DNA of 64,000 bases from Phoronis australis. Taxonomy: Eukaryota; Animalia; Phoronida. Positions 61,901 to 64,000 of the stretch are shown here, in pieces. The position numbers were made by a program, and so were the translations under genes. The notes under the pieces are model-generated. The model was not told where the DNA came from. It ran no database searches and was given only the letters and a program-made list of their open reading frames with translations. Positions within the stretch are counted from its first letter, which is position 1. Each line of letters starts with the position of its first letter. Location: NCBI GenBank assembly GCA_002633005.1, contig NMRA01000789.1, positions 1 to 64,000 on the forward strand. Reading direction: 5' to 3'.

Positions 61901-63422
61901 ATTCAATAATCTTTGCAGGGCATGCTACAGCGTTTGTTTGCAATAAAATTGTGCAGGTTCATACAAAGTTTCGGGTCCCTACCGCAACTAGAAAAAAATA
62001 ATTAGGAAAAGTTTCGAGAGAATCATCCTCTATCTGAGTTTTTACAAGTGTGGTCAAAGTTTTAACAGGCTGGTGTTGCTTCCCTATTCCACCTGATGTT
62101 CATCTTTTGTATTTCATATTTCAGACTTTACTGACTATCTCTAGTAACATGCTGCTCATTGGTGTGGGCGATCAAGAGTTCGCTTCACAGCTGGCCGGCT
62201 TCACTAGTACCCTTCTGGACAAAGGTATGAATAATAATTTATACCTGTATATAGTGCTCCCCCTTGGTCCACTTTCGTATGAGAGCTGTCAAATAATAAG
62301 ACTCGTGATTTTTTTGAAAAAGATTTAAAATTGCAGAAAATGAAAACAAAATGATAAAACTTAGAAAACTGTTACAGCAGCGTATTTATCTTGAACATCC
62401 ATATTGAACAAAATTTGGCCATGTTGTTTTGATATGATGGAACCTTTTTTTGTTAAATTTTGTAAAAAGGACATGGTCACTTGACCCAATCAGTTGCATT
62501 GCTATAAATTCTACATTTTTTAGTTATTTCGTTGAATGCTAATACTTACTGTAAGTGTATCTGAAATATACTTGCATAGACTATAAAATGTTAAAACGTT
62601 GTTATGTGAATTCACTCTGTCGATTCTGTTAGGTTAACTGGCTGTGACATCTGATTTGTGCTTGATGTGGACTTCCTTCTTGCAAACCAATCAGATATCT
62701 TAAGCTGGCTGAACCAGCGTGATGAATCAAGTGCAGCCCCTTAAGGCACCTTTACGCCAGTTGAGTCAAATTATTTCAGTGATAACCTTTTCCACCTCGT
62801 ATCATGTGACAAAGTTGAAATCGTTGACGAGACGCAACTAATAAAGTGAAACCAATTATTGTTGAAACTTACCAACATCACCCCCTGAAGTATGTCATCT
62901 GTTACCTGCTGTCTCTGTCAACAATTTTGTTGAAACACTTTGCTGAGTATTGAACAGTGACCTCAAGCTGTAGCGATTTGTATTCACATTGACTAAACTG
63001 GGCTCAAATTGTCACAGTGATTTGATCGTCCATGTGAAAGCGTGTGTGCTTCTGATTTTTCATTTTCATTTTTTTCAAAAGCTGTATTGTTCTGGGTTGA
63101 AGTAGGTATTGAAAACAAGCCATTGTGTTGCTCAATGGTATTATTATGATATAATATAAATACCATAAGATGGAACATTTCACTTATGGTCAAATGTTTT
63201 TCCTAGCAAAGTTGATTATTGTCATTCATTGTAGATCATGGTGGTCAATTGCTCCCTCTTGTGACAGAAGTGTTGTACCAAATTTCTGAATTGACACTTG
63301 TCAATAAAACTGAGGCCGACGAGGGAGTGGGTTCCCATGACGACCTGGTGCCAGGCATGCTGGGTAATGTGATCAGACGTCTGGCAACACTTATACAAAA
63401 AGACTTCACACAAGTTGATAAG
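38129..63422 (+). CDS. NCAPG2: Condensin-2 complex subunit G2; 19 exons visible (982 codons), 3' end beyond the window
   Basis: Exons 38129-38209, 39717-39854, 40545-40662, 41548-41705, 43162-43296, 43632-43726, 45168-45330, 45739-45831, 48116-48241, 51706-51885, 53032-53184, 54265-54487, 54941-55149, 55682-56011, 57105-57275, 57880-57996, 58703-58870, 62125-62224, 63235-63422. All GT-AG and in phase. Conserved CAP-G2 motifs: DPFDLNE, GVDEMLLRLYDPILWRSLKVANRNVRANA, LLDDPCPSVR, HDSSERVRVSF..LL.KVK, HLLARLEIDSPPVSRRIV. Confidence 0.95.
39340..39644 (+). mobile_element. 3' end of a CR1/L2-like LINE
   Basis: Translates to YSFFLSTIRVWNNF...APSVAVF, a typical ORF2 C-terminus, followed by a short 3' UTR and a (GAA)4 tail. 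Confidence 0.65.
40906..40958. repeat. (TG)n microsatellite ending at an N
   Basis: About 26 perfect TG units. Confidence 0.98.
42470..42590 (-). mobile_element. tRNA-derived SINE
   Basis: On the minus strand: A box TGGCACAGTGG, B box GGTTCGAGTCC, then body cagaaatcttttcagactta..ggtcacgtgatgtg, shared with 52483-52660. Confidence 0.7.
44595..44975 (+). mobile_element. Degenerate short Helentron/HINE-like element
   Basis: Starts TTTTTAT..GCCCAC, then a decayed (TCCA/TCTG) microsatellite and the ttcatgaaatttggcac core; ends ...CTTTGTTTT. Confidence 0.45.
46521..47961. mobile_element. Tc1/mariner (pogo-like) non-autonomous element
   Basis: TIR CCGCATTCGCCGTAATAACCGCCCA / TGGGTGGTTATTACGGCGAATATGG, TA on both sides, and subterminal GGGCGCTTA repeats. 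Confidence 0.8.
50406..51048. mobile_element. MITE-like element flanked by TTAA (PIF/Harbinger-like termini)
   Basis: Imperfect TIR AGCCTCAGTCCCACTGTCAC versus GTGGCAGTGTGACATAGGCA, with TTAA on both sides. Confidence 0.45.
52207..52498. repeat. 25-bp minisatellite, ~11.5 copies
   Basis: Unit GTCACATCA(C/T)GTGACCTATATGTGA. Confidence 0.95.
52483..52660. mobile_element. Head-to-head pair of tRNA-derived SINE copies
   Basis: The minus-strand copy has A box TAGCTCAGTGG and B box GGTTCGAATTC. A 5'-truncated plus-strand copy follows (cagagatgttttcagacttaacta..ggtcacatcatgtgacc). Same family as 42470-42590. Confidence 0.65.
55372..55620. repeat. 84-bp tandem repeat, 3 copies
   Basis: Unit gtagtgttgaccattgcttaatatggaccatgcaaaagctaaatctgtgtcaagtagacatt... 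starts at 55372, 55456 and 55540. Confidence 0.9.
56108..56452. repeat. 27-bp minisatellite, ~12 copies, degenerating to 25-bp units
   Basis: Unit AATTGGGCCAAGTATAGAAAGCTAGAC. Confidence 0.95.
56762..57053. mobile_element. MITE with ~48-bp near-perfect TIRs
   Basis: ACAATGGATTTAAAACGGCTTGACATGTTT(C/T)GGTGTCGTTTATTTAAA at the left and its reverse complement at 57006-57053. No clear TSD. Confidence 0.8.
57310..57678. repeat. 36-bp minisatellite, ~10 copies
   Basis: Unit TTTAGGTGCAATGGCTATGTACCCTAGGTGTTCAGC. Confidence 0.95.
58398..58565. repeat. 83-bp tandem duplication
   Basis: aaactcagggtatttga..caataaggatagtcatatttcccagcctcaccaaatagcatggtgttgcaataatgcaagaag occurs twice. Confidence 0.9.
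59218..59525. repeat. 24-bp minisatellite with an internal N
   Basis: Unit CA(T/A)TCATACACCCAT(T/C)CATGCACA. Confidence 0.95.
59643..61585 (+). mobile_element. Helentron-associated (HINE/DINE-1/pearl-like) non-autonomous element with internal tandem repeats
   Basis: T-rich insertion site; subTIRs ATGCGCCCACA (59648) and TGTGGGCGCAT (61550-61560); 5' palindrome; (GTCC)n microsatellite; ~150-bp internal repeats (ttcatgaaatttgg / gattgtgaaaattggcatgtat / cctagtggc); 3' hairpin CAACGC-TCT-GCGTTG followed by CTCTTGTTTTT. An unrelated insert occupies ~60075-60440. Confidence 0.8.
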
Positions 63423-64000
63423 GTAGGTAAAGTAATTTTACAAATAAAGTGGACGAAGTCAATAAAATTCAGATTTCAATTTGGGCCAAATCTTGACAGG
63501 TGTTGCTCCATGATATCTTCTTTACAAGTTCAATTTTCAAATAAACAATTAGCAGCTAGGCCCTATGTCACATTATTAAACTCCATCCAATGTTCGACAT
63601 TATATTGTAAAAAAGTTCTACTAATTGCCAAATTACTCCGACGAGATTTCTCCCAAGTTTGGCAGAATCTAGCAGAGTCCTGTTGAAGTCTATCTAGTTT
63701 ATTTTAAAAAGTACTGTATATGTGATGTTGAGCATATTATTTGCGAAAAATCAGAGCATCCATAAAGTTAAATTTGTATTTTTAAAGGTTAGTTTGATTT
63801 GGACCCAATCATGTAATAAAGGTTTTGTTTTACTTTATAATCTCTTTTTGAAGTACAAAGCATAATTGATAACACACACATAAACACATTCACAAACATA
63901 CACTCATTGATATGTGGATGCATGCAAACATTCATAATACATTGTATAACTAATTTTCTTTTATTGTATACTGCACACAGTGTCGTTTATGTAGCTCTGG

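Overview
This is AT-rich, intron-containing animal DNA from a draft assembly (one 133-N gap, five single Ns). Its repeat content suggests a marine invertebrate, but the species cannot be identified from sequence alone. Three protein-coding genes can be built with canonical GT-AG junctions and consistent phases. (1) A 7-exon, 277-aa class I SAM-dependent small-molecule methyltransferase (17669-26970, +), most of which the ORF track misses. Its last two exons are repeated near-identically just downstream (possibly an uncollapsed haplotype), and the terminal exon of a more diverged paralog lies at 3918-4115. (2) An intronless, secreted purple acid phosphatase (ACP7-like, 35995-37467, -). (3) Condensin II subunit G2 (NCAPG2), 19 exons from 38129 running off the window end, head-to-head with the phosphatase. 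Roughly 2.3-14.7 kb is an older segmental duplicate of roughly 29-36 kb. Mobile DNA includes a decayed AcademX-type transposon with TIRs and a 3-bp TSD, Kolobok-like elements (THAP, P2X7-C-like exon), a MITE group with 5-bp TSDs, hAT and Tc1/pogo MITEs, Helentron/HINE-like elements, tRNA-derived SINEs, a LINE 3' end and several minisatellites. The best candidate for new biology is the diversifying tandem methyltransferase locus. Family assignments come from motif recognition, not database searches.
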